Shown: positions 27,489-38,100 of the stretch, piece by piece
Position numbering within the stretch: the first letter of the stretch is position 1
Layout of the letters: each line of letters starts with the position of its first letter
Assembly: GCA_963544395.1 (NCBI GenBank)
Contig: CAUUFA010000001.1
Coordinates: 66-64,065, forward strand
From: an uncultured Bacilli bacterium
Lineage (GTDB): Bacteria > Bacillota_I > Bacilli_A > RFN20 > CAG-288
Reading direction: 5' to 3'
Length of the DNA: 64,000 bases
The notes under the pieces: generated by a model
Seen by the model: the letters and a program-made list of their open reading frames with translations, nothing else
What the model was told of the DNA's origin: nothing
Databases searched by the model: none
Position numbers and translations under genes: made by a program

Positions 27489-29359
27489 AACCTAAACTTT
27501 TCATGGTTTATACTACCATCTAGATGAAAATGCCGTTTCCTGCTTCGGAGGCGGCTTTTTTGATGGTTTTCTTCTCTTTTTTTGCTTAGAAATCCATTCC
27601 GGTTTTCTTTCGGTGGCGGTATAATACTACCATATAAGGAGGAAGGCCATGGTACACACGAACATCGAGGTTGAAACGCCCAAGCACATCAGGATCCGAA
27701 AGCAGAACGGCAACAGATACGTCTATCTCGTCACCGGCAGAAAAGGCGACAGCAAGGGAAACGAGAAAGACGTCACGGTCCTCATCGGCCGCGAAAGCCG
27801 AAAGGGATTCATGAATCCGAACGACAAATATTTCAGGATGTTCCCTGACAGCGGGACGATGTCCGACGTGCTTGAGCCCTCTTCCTTCGACACCCAGTCA
27901 AGGATCGGTTCCGTCGCAGCCATATACGGAGTGGCGGAGAAGACCGGACTGAAGTCCTGCCTCGACCTCGCCTTCGGAAAGGACGCTCCGCTGATTCTTT
28001 CGCTCGCATCGTATTATCTCATCGCCCGCGATTCGGCGGCTATGCTGTATTCGGATTTCATGTTCGACCATTACGGAAAGGCCGATACGATCGCATCGGA
28101 GGCAACGATCAGCAGACTCTTCAATGTCTCGATGTCAAGGGACAAGGTCGACTCGTTCCGTTCCGCGTTCCTGAAGCACTGCTTCACCAATTCGGACAAG
28201 ACGAAGAAAAGGGTATACGTGGACATCGATTCCACCAATTTCAACGTCTCCTCCGCGGGCTGCGACTCCGCCGAATACGGAAAGGCAAAGGACGACGAGG
28301 GCCTTCCGCAGATCAACATGGCTTACTTTCACGACCGCCAGAGCGGAATGCCGATATTCTACGATTCCTTCTATGGCTCGATCACTGATCTGAGCCACTG
28401 CATAACCGGAATCAAGTCGTTCTTCGACAACCTGAACATAAGCAAAAAGAATGTCGGGTACGATTTCATACTAGACAGAGGATACTTCAGCGAGACAAAC
28501 ATGGGATATCTCAGTGACAGCGGAGTCTCCTTTGCCGTAATGGGCAAGACATGCGAAATGTACAGGAACCACCTGGATGCGAACCGCGACCTCATCAGAA
28601 GCTCCGCAAGCCTGATTTCGATGGGACTGTACGGAACAAGAGTCCAGGGGAAGGCCTTCAAAGGCGCGAATGCCGACGACTACTATATCTATCTCTATTT
28701 CGATTCCACGAAGGAAGCCGAGGAAAAATGCGGGATAGAGGCAAAGCTCATCGATGCCAAGAAGGCCCTCGAAGGAAAGAAAAAGGACGGGAACGGAAGC
28801 CTGAGAAGGACGTACGGAAAATACCTCTGCATCGAGACGAAGGGGAAGGAGGAAACAATCAGGAAGGTCACGGTCAACAGCGGCAGCGACGATTCGATGC
28901 TGAAGGACGCAGGCTATTTCTGGATTGTGTCCACGATGAAGATGGAGCCTGAGGAGATGCTTAGGGCATACAGGGAAAGGGACGAGATCGAGAAATGCTT
29001 CCGCATCGTGAAGAGCGAAAGCGACCTGAATAAGACGTATGCGCAGAACGACAACGCGCTGTACGCCAAGCTCCTCATGGGCTTCATCACGTCAGTGATC
29101 AAAGCGGAGTTCACCTTCCAGACGGGGGAACTTTCCCACAGAAAAGGCAACCTGAGCGTCCAGAAGATGCTCATGGCACTCGACAAGATCATCATGTATA
29201 AGGTAAGCGGACACTATTCCATGAAGTACGCATATACTGCCCTACAGCAGGAAATCCTCAACGCTCTTTCGATCGAGAGTTCATCCATCGAAGCCATCGT
29301 CACCGACTGGAACTCCCGGCTTAAAAAGTGATGGTAGTATAAAACGTGAAAAGTTTAGG
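27489..29359 (+). mobile_element. IS element copy 1 (IS4-superfamily, IS1634-like), 1871 bp
   Basis: It appears base-for-base identical to 46290-48160, judged from spot comparison of both ends and from the identical embedded ORF translations. The 29-bp imperfect terminal IRs match at 27 of 29 positions: CCTAAACTTTTCATGGTTTATACTACCAT (27491-27519) versus the reverse complement of 29331-29359. Confidence 0.9.
27649..29331 (+). CDS. DDE transposase (IS1634/IS4 family)
   Basis: 560 aa. D-D-E candidates are VYVDIDSTNF, FILDRGYFS and the YRERDEIEKCFRIVKSE (YREK-type) motif. AAGGAGGAAGG RBS. Confidence 0.88.
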   Translation: MVHTNIEVETPKHIRIRKQNGNRYVYLVTGRKGDSKGNEKDVTVLIGRESRKGFMNPNDKYFRMFPDSGTMSDVLEPSSFDTQSRIGSVAAIYGVAEKTGLKSCLDLAFGKDAPLILSLASYYLIARDSAAMLYSDFMFDHYGKADTIASEATISRLFNVSMSRDKVDSFRSAFLKHCFTNSDKTKKRVYVDIDSTNFNVSSAGCDSAEYGKAKDDEGLPQINMAYFHDRQSGMPIFYDSFYGSITDLSHCITGIKSFFDNLNISKKNVGYDFILDRGYFSETNMGYLSDSGVSFAVMGKTCEMYRNHLDANRDLIRSSASLISMGLYGTRVQGKAFKGANADDYYIYLYFDSTKEAEEKCGIEAKLIDAKKALEGKKKDGNGSLRRTYGKYLCIETKGKEETIRKVTVNSGSDDSMLKDAGYFWIVSTMKMEPEEMLRAYRERDEIEKCFRIVKSESDLNKTYAQNDNALYAKLLMGFITSVIKAEFTFQTGELSHRKGNLSVQKMLMALDKIIMYKVSGHYSMKYAYTALQQEILNALSIESSSIEAIVTDWNSRLKK

Positions 29360-29367
29360 CTATATCA

Positions 29368-29396
29368 AAAATTGCCTTCAAATTGAAGGCAATTTT
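29368..29396. terminator. Bidirectional hairpin between the IS end and the IS66 tnpB remnant
   Basis: Perfect palindrome AAAATTGCCTTC-AAATT-GAAGGCAATTTT. Confidence 0.55.
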
Positions 29397-29441
29397 GTTA
29401 TAATATTCGAAATCAATATTTTAAATAATTTCGATAAATAG

Positions 29442-29788
29442 CTAAATTATCACTTTTTGCTCAACATCACCATTATATCTCTTTTGTATGATATCGAGTC
29501 CATCAAGAAGCCATTCCATCTGTTTATAAGTGATGCCGACGGCACCATTCTCCTTCAGCCATCGGAACTTACCCTTCTCAAGGCGGTATTGGGCCAGCCA
29601 GAACCCGGATCCACCCAGTAAAGAATCTTCAGACTGTCCTTTGACTTGCAGCAGAAGACATAGAGTGCATTCTCGAACGGGTCGATGCCCATATCTTTCA
29701 GCCTGACCACAAGACTGTTGATTCCACAACGGAAGTCAGTTGATCCGGTAATCAGATAAATATCAGGCTTTTCTTCGCGTTTATACAT
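29442..29788 (-). pseudogene. tnpB: IS66-family TnpB (orf2), frameshifted
   Basis: Two overlapping frames together give IYLITGSTDFRCGINSLVVRLKDMGIDPFENALYVFCCKSKDSLKILYW // GGSGFWLAQYRLEKGKFRWL...ITYKQMEWLLDGLD, the conserved IS66 Orf2 pattern. The frame changes near 29600-29615. Confidence 0.8.
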
Positions 29789-30104
29789 TCTTTATAGCTC
29801 CCAGGATTTCTACCAGTTCAGCCATATCGGAATAAGTTAATGTTAACCTTGCAGCGCCGATTTCGACATATACAGCTCTTGGGGAATCAAATGTATGGGA
29901 TGGCATGGTTTCATCCTCATAATCATGGATGAGTTTAGTCACAGTCAGTTCTTCTTCCTTCATTTTATGCCTGTATTTCCGGTCGTATATCGACTGGGTG
30001 TTTATCCCGTATTCTTCACAAAGCCCCTTGACGGAACGGCCTGTGCGCTTTGATTCTTCGTAGATTTCACGATAGTTTGTCGGGTTGTTCTTATTAAAAG
30101 CCAT
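29781..30104 (-). CDS. tnpA: IS66-family TnpA (orf1, HTH)
   Basis: 107 aa. It overlaps tnpB by 8 nt, as is usual in IS66 elements. GGAGG RBS. A GTAAGCG motif, the usual IS66 IR terminus, lies at ~30178-30184 on the same strand. No tnpC (DDE) follows. Confidence 0.7.
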   Translation of the reverse strand: MAFNKNNPTNYREIYEESKRTGRSVKGLCEEYGINTQSIYDRKYRHKMKEEELTVTKLIHDYEDETMPSHTFDSPRAVYVEIGAARLTLTYSDMAELVEILGAIKNV

Positions 30105-30282
30105 AAACTAAAAACCTCCGTTGTTGGCATTAATTTTGCCATGTACGGAGGCTGGCTTCTATACGGTCGGTTATTTTACGCTTACGGTTCTGCATGGTTT
30201 TCTCTCGAATTTCCACGAGTATTTCGCCTTCTGCTTCAACGACTCGCCGATCGTCGGGAAGAAGTTCTACCACGTGATAAGG

Positions 30283-30474
30283 ATGAAAGGGCAAATCGAG
30301 AAGTACAAGGAGTCTGGCGCCTTCGGCCTCGACCTGGACGACAGTTACTTCAAGGAGGAAATCGACTTCAAGCTCAACTGGGGGAAGAAGGAAAGGCAGA
30401 AGGGGTACCTATCGCTCGTGGAGAAATACTTGGACGAAATCTACGGATTCAAGGAGGGACTCAAGGATGGATAG
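30283..30474 (+). CDS. Small hypothetical protein (phage-module leader gene)
   Basis: 63 aa counted from the internal ATG. Overlap-coupled (ATGGATAG) to the next gene. The upstream part of the 117-aa ORF runs into the IS66 end, so the gene may be truncated. Confidence 0.35.
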   Translation: MKGQIEKYKESGAFGLDLDDSYFKEEIDFKLNWGKKERQKGYLSLVEKYLDEIYGFKEGLKDG

Positions 30475-30781
30475 CCTGGACATAGTGCTCACCATAATCA
30501 GCGTGTTGGGGACGCTCTCCAGCATCCTCTTCGCCTACCTCGCCTTCAAGAGGGGCGAGAGGAGTAGCCACAAGGACGAGGGGAAGAACGAGGGCGTGAT
30601 GCTCAGCGAAATCGGCTACATCAAGTCATCGATAGACAAGATAGAGAAATCGCTCAACCACCTCGAGGAGAGGTACAGCGAGCTTTCCAACAGGCTCGTG
30701 AAGGTGGAGGAGTCCACCAAGAACGCCCAAAAAAGAATCACCGAGCTTCATGAAGAGATGAAGGGAGGAAACAACCCATGA
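30467..30781 (+). CDS. N-terminal TM + coiled-coil protein (BhlA/UviB- or XhlA-like topology); paralogue of 41336-41629
   Basis: 104 aa with TM IVLTIISVLGTLSSILFAYLAF followed by a heptad-rich tail. By eye it is roughly 55-60% identical to the 97-aa protein at 41336-41629. ATGA-coupled to the holin. Confidence 0.6.
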   Translation: MDSLDIVLTIISVLGTLSSILFAYLAFKRGERSSHKDEGKNEGVMLSEIGYIKSSIDKIEKSLNHLEERYSELSNRLVKVEESTKNAQKRITELHEEMKGGNNP

Positions 30782-31170
30782 ACGAAATATTGCTGAACGT
30801 ATTGAGCTGCATAGTGACGGCGGTGATAATCCCGCTCATCACCCTGCTCGGCTCCAAGCTCATCAAGTGGATCTCGAGCAAGATCGGCAACGAGAAGACG
30901 GAGAAGTATATCACCGACGCCACGACCATCGTCCTCGATGCCGTCAAGTGCGTGTTCCAGACCTACGTCGACACCCTCAAGAAGGAGGGGAGCTTCGACA
31001 GGGACGCGCAGCTCACCGCGCTCAACAGGGCCAAGGACATCGTCCTTTCCCAGCTCAGCGAGGACGTCAGGGACTACATAAGCAAGAACTTCGGCGACGT
31101 CGATGCCTGGGTCACCACGCAGATCGAGGCGAGCATAGACACGCTTAAGACGATGAATTCGAAAACATAA
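30778..31170 (+). CDS. Phage holin (LL-H / holin superfamily 6-like)
   Basis: 130 aa with a single N-terminal TM (LLNVLSCIVTAVIIPLITLLG) and a long helical tail, similar to LL-H family holins as I remember them. Confidence 0.55.
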   Translation: MNEILLNVLSCIVTAVIIPLITLLGSKLIKWISSKIGNEKTEKYITDATTIVLDAVKCVFQTYVDTLKKEGSFDRDAQLTALNRAKDIVLSQLSEDVRDYISKNFGDVDAWVTTQIEASIDTLKTMNSKT

Positions 31171-31173
31171 CAA

Positions 31174-31216
31174 AAGACCGCTCAAACCCAACAACGGTGT
31201 AGGGGTGAGCGGTCTT
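31174..31216. terminator. Hairpin between convergent holin and immunity genes
   Basis: 10-bp perfect stem AAGACCGCTC/GAGCGGTCTT with a 23-nt loop. Confidence 0.45.
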
Positions 31217-32130
31217 TAATATACATAATCCGCTAAAAAAATATAATCTGGCGACTCAACGAACGGAAGATAGACGTCATTAGGCATTACATTTGGATAA
31301 AGTTTGTACAAAATAGAGCCATCATCAGTTATCCTAAACTCATATTTATATATGGAAAATTTTTTATAGAGATATATGAGTTCCGATTCCCACCATGAGC
31401 AATAAAACCTTTTAGGGTCAAACGCGATGTAAATATTTTTTGCACAATTTAGGTTATTTTTCGTGATTGATAATTTAAAAGAAGGTTTTATATTTTGCGT
31501 TTTCTGAGTTGTATCAGAAAGCTTAAGTTCTTTTGAATATTTCTTACACACGCCATCGTACCAACCGACGACAACAGGCTTTTTGTTTAGCAATGTTTCT
31601 GTGTCTTTTAATTCCGAGGGGACAAGCACTAACGCCCATAGCAATTGCTTTTGAGCATAATTGGCCTCCAAGCAAACCGCGTAAAGATAATCGCCTTTGA
31701 AAGTTTTTCTGAGGATGACATCGCCTTTTTGAAAATCCAGTTTTGGCTTTTTTGGATATATGATTTGTTTTGGCGGTTCGTCCAGCTCTTTAAGAAATCG
31801 ATAAGCAAGTCTTTTGCGTTTATATAAATCAGATGACGATAAGGCCAGGCTGGCTAAGCCAGCCTGGTCATTTTCAATGAGTTTGTTCTTTTCATAAGGA
31901 TTTAATTTATATGGGAATCCGATTTTATGGAGGGCTTTCAGCAAAGCGAATGCAGTGCTTGCCCTCACATAGCCATCATCCAAAGAGTCTTCATAAATTC
32001 TCTTGGCAATTTTATAGGCTTTTTTGCCTAAATCGTCATCGCTTTTAAGAGAATTGTAATAAGCAAAGAACAAGTTGTATGCCTCTATGTATTCGTCGGA
32101 AGACGATATATTCAATGACCACATTCCCAT
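31216..32130 (-). CDS. Candidate cognate immunity protein of the Rhs toxin
   Basis: 304 aa, starting 27 nt downstream of the Rhs stop with a GAGGTGGTG RBS. Very AT-rich: ~22% GC in the sampled line 31321-31380. No recognisable family. Confidence 0.55.
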   Translation of the reverse strand: MGMWSLNISSSDEYIEAYNLFFAYYNSLKSDDDLGKKAYKIAKRIYEDSLDDGYVRASTAFALLKALHKIGFPYKLNPYEKNKLIENDQAGLASLALSSSDLYKRKRLAYRFLKELDEPPKQIIYPKKPKLDFQKGDVILRKTFKGDYLYAVCLEANYAQKQLLWALVLVPSELKDTETLLNKKPVVVGWYDGVCKKYSKELKLSDTTQKTQNIKPSFKLSITKNNLNCAKNIYIAFDPKRFYCSWWESELIYLYKKFSIYKYEFRITDDGSILYKLYPNVMPNDVYLPFVESPDYIFLADYVY

Positions 32131-32157
32131 ATTTATTCACCACCTCAATGACTATTA

Positions 32158-35100
32158 TTAGAAGAACAAAGTCCAGTTTTTAGGGTTCAAAATGGTAGAG
32201 AAGACTTCTTTCAACGCCTCTGGCGACGCTAGTTCGAGAAGCTTTTTACCAGGGCTTGCAATTTTGTTTTGTAAACCAGTGTATCTAGACATGTTCGCAG
32301 CTTCGACCATGAATGAGAATTTATCCCCTTTTCCGGTCAAATCACAATAACGGATTGATGAACCGTGATGTGCTTTAAGCGAGACTCTAGCTCTAGTCAA
32401 ATTTCCTTTCCCGACATAGACTGTTTTGCCACTGTCGTCCAGAATCTCGTAAGAGCCACAACCATTATGTACGATGAGCAAACACCCGCACAATACAACA
32501 TATGTGTGGAACCCTTGGACGTTCAGATTGTATGTTTTGATTGGAGACGCTAATTTTTCAAATCTAACGTCTTTTAGCATTTTATCACAGCCTTTTGTCT
32601 TGAGGCAATAGCCCTTCTTTAGCTCGGACGCCGGCTTCCATCCTTCTTCAGTGAGGAAGCGGTGTCCTGGCGTGCAGATGATCTCGTCGTTGCCGATGAA
32701 GAGATGAACGACCTCGGCGGTCTCGTTGACGTAGACGTCCAGAACCTCCTTTTCGTCGTAGATTCCAAGGTCTTCGTCGTAAGAGAGGACCTTATCGCCT
32801 TGTTGGATTTCGTCTATGGCTTTCATGCCGAGCGAGGTAGCGACGAGCGTGCCGGAGACGAAACAGTATGAAGGGTTCATAGCGCCGGATATCGCCCCGC
32901 CGATCGCTCCCCACATGAAGCCATCAGCTGCGCCTTCGACGGCACCGGTGAAGGCTCCTCTTAGGGCTCCTTCCCATGTCCCAGTCCTGATACCTTCCGT
33001 GATTGCTCCCTGGACCGCCCCGGTGACGGCACCGACGGCAGCGCCGATTGCAGCGCCTTTCACAGCTCCCACGAGCATGGAGGTGGCTATGCAGGAAGCG
33101 CCTAATCCCCCTGTGGCTACGACAGCAATCGCGCAGACAGCGATGACGGCGACGCCGATGAGCAGCTTGGTGAACCAGTTTCCCCATTGCCCATTCTCGT
33201 CCGTCATGCCGATGGGGTTGCAGGAGCAGTAGGCGAAGAGGTTCATGCCCATTGTCTCACCGATTTTTCCTATCTGGGAGTCCATGCTTATGAATCTGCC
33301 GAGGTCAGGGTCGTAGTATCTGGTCTTGAGATAATAGAACCCCGTCTCGTCGTCATGGAAGTATCCGCGGAACATGAAGTGGTTTAGCTTCGCAATCTCT
33401 TTTCCCATTGCCGAATCGTCGATGTGGACTTGAGGCACGCCCCAGTCGTCGTAGTCGTAGGAGACATAGGAATGTCCCTTTGCGTCGATGACGGAGGCGA
33501 TGTCGCCCATGATGTTCCTCTCGTAGAAGTACTCCTTGTTTTCGTAGGTAAAGCCGACGAGCTGCCCAGCCTCGTCGTAGTTGAAGAGGACGATCTTTTC
33601 GTCACCACCCTCGACCCTCTTCATGGCCGCAATCCTGTCTCCCTCGATCGAATAGAACTCGTCGAAGTTGCTAGAGCGTTTTGTCGTGCGAATTCCGTCG
33701 GCGTTGTATTCGTAGGTGGTGCCGTTGGTGGACTTCAGCCTTCTTCCGGACCAAGACATGCGGATGTCGATGCCCGGTTTTTTGATCCTCGTCGGATTCC
33801 CGACGAAGGAATCGCCGTACTCGATGAATGTGCCGTCGCTTCTGGACACCAGCCTGTCCTTTATCGACGTGTCGTATCCATAGATCATGCCGTCCTTCGA
33901 CGTGATGTTGTTGTTCGCGTCGTAGGCATAGGAATGGGCGATGCCGCCGTGGTTTGAGGAAACGAGCCTTCCGAGTCCATCGTAGGTATATGTCTTGTCC
34001 GCCGGCAGCGTGGCGTTGTCCGATCCAGCCTTCCTGTAGGAGACGGACGAGATGCTTCCGAGCTTATCGTATCCATAGGCGATCTCGTGTCCGAGGAAGT
34101 TAGTCTCCTTCTCGACCTTCGTCGTGGTCAGGCCGGAGTTTCTCCTGTAGGAATACGCCTTTTCAAGAGCGGCGCCGTCCGTGACAATTTCCTTGGAAGC
34201 CGTTCTTCCGAGCTCGTCGTAATGGGTTCTGACGGAAACGGAGCAGCCTTCTTCTGCGATGGCGGAGACCCTTTCGTCGTCGATAAGACGATCGGAGAAA
34301 GCCAGCATTTCGATGCAGCCCTCGAGATGGTCGATTGGCTTACCGTACCCGTCGACGTCGCATCCGACATAAGTGAGGCAGCCGTCTAAATCGATGGCGT
34401 TGCTGAAAGCAAACGAACCGCTGTTGCCGTCGAGATCGATTTTAACAGACTTGCCGTCCCATCGAACTGCCAGACGGTGCCACGAGTCGCTTCCGACCGA
34501 AACACCTCCCAAAGTGAATTGCTGACTTCCGCTTTCGATTCGAAGCTTTCCGGCTTCGAGGAAGACCTTGAGGACTTTCGTGCCTTTGCCGGCGGAAAGC
34601 AGGAATCGCTTCCCGGAGACGGATCCCTTCGGCTTGAAGCGCATCGTGATGGTCCCCTCGTCCTTCAACAGGAGGTCGTATGCCAGCTTGGATGGGTTGC
34701 CGCGGTTCAGATTGACGAGGGAGCCGTAGCTTCCGTATACATGGCGTCTTTCCTCCTGGTCGAACTCGAAGGCCCTCGACTTGTCGACCTTGAAGGATGC
34801 CTCCGTGTAGGAGAACTCCTTGGGTTGCATCCTGTTGAGCGAGACGAGGGAGCCATTAAGGGAGATGACGTCCATACCTTCGTAGACCTTGGCATTGGAC
34901 CACGTGACGCCGCTGGCACCGTAGATTGGCTCGCCGAGAAGATACTTCTTTCCTTCCTCGTAGATTCCCTTGTAGTCGTCCTCCTCGTAGTCATAGGAAC
35001 CGACCCCTGCGAAGGCGAGGCGGAAGGCCATGTTGATAGGGTATTCCTTCTTGAGGCTGCCGCCGTCGTCGAGTTTGTAGAGGTCCATGAGGGTGAGGCT

Positions 35101-38100
35101 CTGGGAAGGCTCGCCAATGTGGAAGTACTTGAGCACTTTGAAATCCTTTGAGCAGGCGTAGTCCGTGCTCTTCACCTCGCCGTTGAGGACGAACATGGCG
35201 TAGATCCTGTCTCCAGATTTGGCGAACTTCATGCCGACGAGGTTCCAAGTGTCCATGGAAATCTTTCCATTGGAAGTGAGGATAGGTTTTTTTCCAGCAC
35301 TGTAGTCGTAGATGGAGATAGTCCCATCCTTCTCGGCAATCAACGTGAGCCTCTCGGCCTTGTAGATTTTGCTCGCATAGGTGAAGATCTTCTGCTGCCC
35401 GGCAATTGTGCCACTTGGCTTAATCCATCCGAACGCGCTCCTGCGGAAGGTCATGTCCGCCTTCCAGGCCGAATAGGAGAAGCGGTTGCTGATAGTGGAC
35501 TCCGGCTTTCTTGTGGAGTTGAGCGTGTCGATGTCGTAGATGACTGTGGCATTGTCGCTCTTGAAGGAAAGAGACTGGACGGTGTCGCCCAATGGGGAAT
35601 CGTCGTCGACGTTTATGCTCTCGGTGTAGGTAGTGTTCAGAATCGGCCTGCCGCCGTACATGCCCTTGAGGCCGCTTCCACCCTTGATGATTTCGTCTGG
35701 AAAAGCTCGTGCGAGTCTGGCGAGGTATCCGCTTGGCGTGTAGTCGTTGTACTCGCATTTGTATTCGAAGTCGATGCCCCTTCTGATGCCGAAGACAGTC
35801 TCGTCGATTCTCTGGAGGTTCTTGAGGTTGTCGGTGAAGTAGTGGAAGGAATCGTCCCCATGCTCGGAGGTTCCGTCTTCCCAGACGACCTTCCTGTTGG
35901 CGACGTTCCCGTCGGAATCGTAGTCGATGTATTCCCGGCATTTGTTGACGGCATCGTATACGCATGTGGCCATGTCGAATTCGTCATAGGTGTATTCTGC
36001 CTGGCGGATGCCGTTGAAGTTCACGTAGGATAGCCTTAGCTTGCCGTCGTAGCCGAAGTCGTAGTAGCCGCATGTGTCGTCTTGTCCGAGCGTCTGTCTC
36101 GTTGGCAGTCCGGTGTTGACTCCGCCGACCGACTTGCCGTATTCGTTCGAAACGATAGTCTTCCCGTCGAGGGTGACCCTCTTGATCTTTTGTGCTCCGT
36201 CGTATTCGAATCTGTAGACGGCGCCAGAACCAGTGGTGATCTTTGTGACGTTGCCGTTCGCATCGTATTCGTACTGGCAGGAGGACGAAGTGCCGTTGAG
36301 GCTATGCAATTGCTTTGAGAGCTCGCCTGCCGAGTTGTATGTGTATGTCATTGTTGTGCCGTTGGCGGAGGTCTTCTTTATCTTCCTTCCGAGGGAATCG
36401 TATTCGTATCGGGTGACGTTCCCGTCGTCGTCCGTCTCCGAAAGGACGTTCTTGCGGTCGTCGTATGTCGAGGAGGTCTTGAGAATGTCGCCGGCGCTGG
36501 AGACGACCTTCGTCTCGGTTTTGCAGCCGTTGGAGTACTTGAACTGAACCTTGGTATTCTGATTGTTGGTGATTTGGGAGACGGTCCCATCCTCGTTGAA
36601 GGAGTATCTGTAGGAATCGCCGGATTCATCGGTTGCCTCCGTGACTCTTTCGTTCTTGTCGTAGGAGACCTCTGCGGTCGTTCCGTCGGCGTTCACCATT
36701 TGGGTCATGTCCTTCTTCTCGTTGTAGGTGTACTGCTTGCCGAAGGAATCGCGGTATAGCTGGACAGCCTCGAACCAAACGTCGTTTGCACTCCTCGAGA
36801 AGAGGGTCACCGTGACCTTGTCGTATGCGCGCTCCGCAACGATGCTTCTGGTGAGTACCTGCCAGGAGTCGAAGTTTGGGTCGAAGTCGAAGCTGTGCTC
36901 AGAAGTGGTGCCCGTATCCACGTAATGGATCTTGACGGACACGCCGAACCTGTCGTTTGATGACGTGGTGCCTTTGCCGAAGCAGGTGAGGAGCAGCTCG
37001 TCTCCGGCTCCGCCATGAATCTCTATCTCTCTCTTGGCGGACTTTTCCTTGGTGATGTCACCAGAAAGCTTCATTGCCCTTTGTCCGAGGAATCCTTGAT
37101 AGGTATATGCGTCATAGATTAGGCCGATTCCGTCCAACGCGCCGCAATTGCTCATTTCCCACGGGTGATTTCCACCTGTTTCGAACCAACCATCGACGAT
37201 GTAGTTGTGCCTGATCTGGTGGTCGCCGCGGCAAAGCTGGATGTCATCGACAAATGCGGTGTATCCGCTGCCCGAGAGGAAAATGCTAACGTAGACGCTC
37301 AAGTGCTTATAGGTGTTTCCGCTAGTATCCGGAATGAAGATACTTCTGTTGTTCGCTTCAACCCAGTCGAAGTTACCGGAGAAATCGTTCTGAAGGGTGT
37401 AGACGTCCGTCATCCATACTTCCTTGGTGACTGTGGAACCGCCACCGTTGGATTTTCCGCTCTTGGTCTTGGAACCGCCTGAAGAGCCAGAAATGGTGGT
37501 TTTTTTCGTATATTCGACCTTAAGCTGCACCTTGATGTCGCCTGCATTGATGGCGCCAGTGGTCTTCATCCCTTTGATGAACACCCTGAAGGCATATGTT
37601 CCGGGGACAGGGGTACTGACGTATTGGTTGATCTTGACGTCGGAGGTCCCTTTTTCTATCATGAGGCATTTTTGTCCGTAGACTCCTCCGTCGACCACCT
37701 TAATGCCGTCCCTGCTGCCGCTAGAAAGCTTCCAGGCAGCGTTCTCGCCGAAAAGAGTCTCCTCGGTCTCGAACGAGCTGTTGTCGATGACGTTCCTTTC
37801 GTTGACTTGGACATTTGATTCGGATGTGAGCCCGCCAAGTTTTCCGTCAATGACTTCGCCGTAGTTTCGGGTAATAGACTTAGCCTCGTCGTCGATCATG
37901 ACCTTGCATCGGCCGTATCCGTCGAAGAAGTAGTCGACGTAGCGTCCGGTGTAGTCAGTCACACGGGTTTTCATCCCATTGTAGTCGAAGGTGCTGAAGG
38001 GGTTGCCGGTCGATGACGTGCCGCATTCTGTCTTGTGCACCCTTCCGGAGCCTTCGTATCCGATTTTTTCATGAATGCCTCCCTTGGCATCTTCGGCCGT

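Noticed and set aside
28551-28952. 133-aa alternative-frame ORF inside the transposase gene (and its twin at 47352-47753)
   Set aside because: It is an Arg/Gly/Glu-rich off-frame product. The 560-aa frame carries the DDE/YREK motifs.
30748-31194. 148-aa minus-strand ORF, plus the 93-aa and 114-aa alternative plus frames, over the holin module
   Set aside because: They are antisense or off-frame to three overlap-coupled genes that have clear TM and coiled-coil features. Their composition is biased (Leu/Arg/Gly/Asp-rich).
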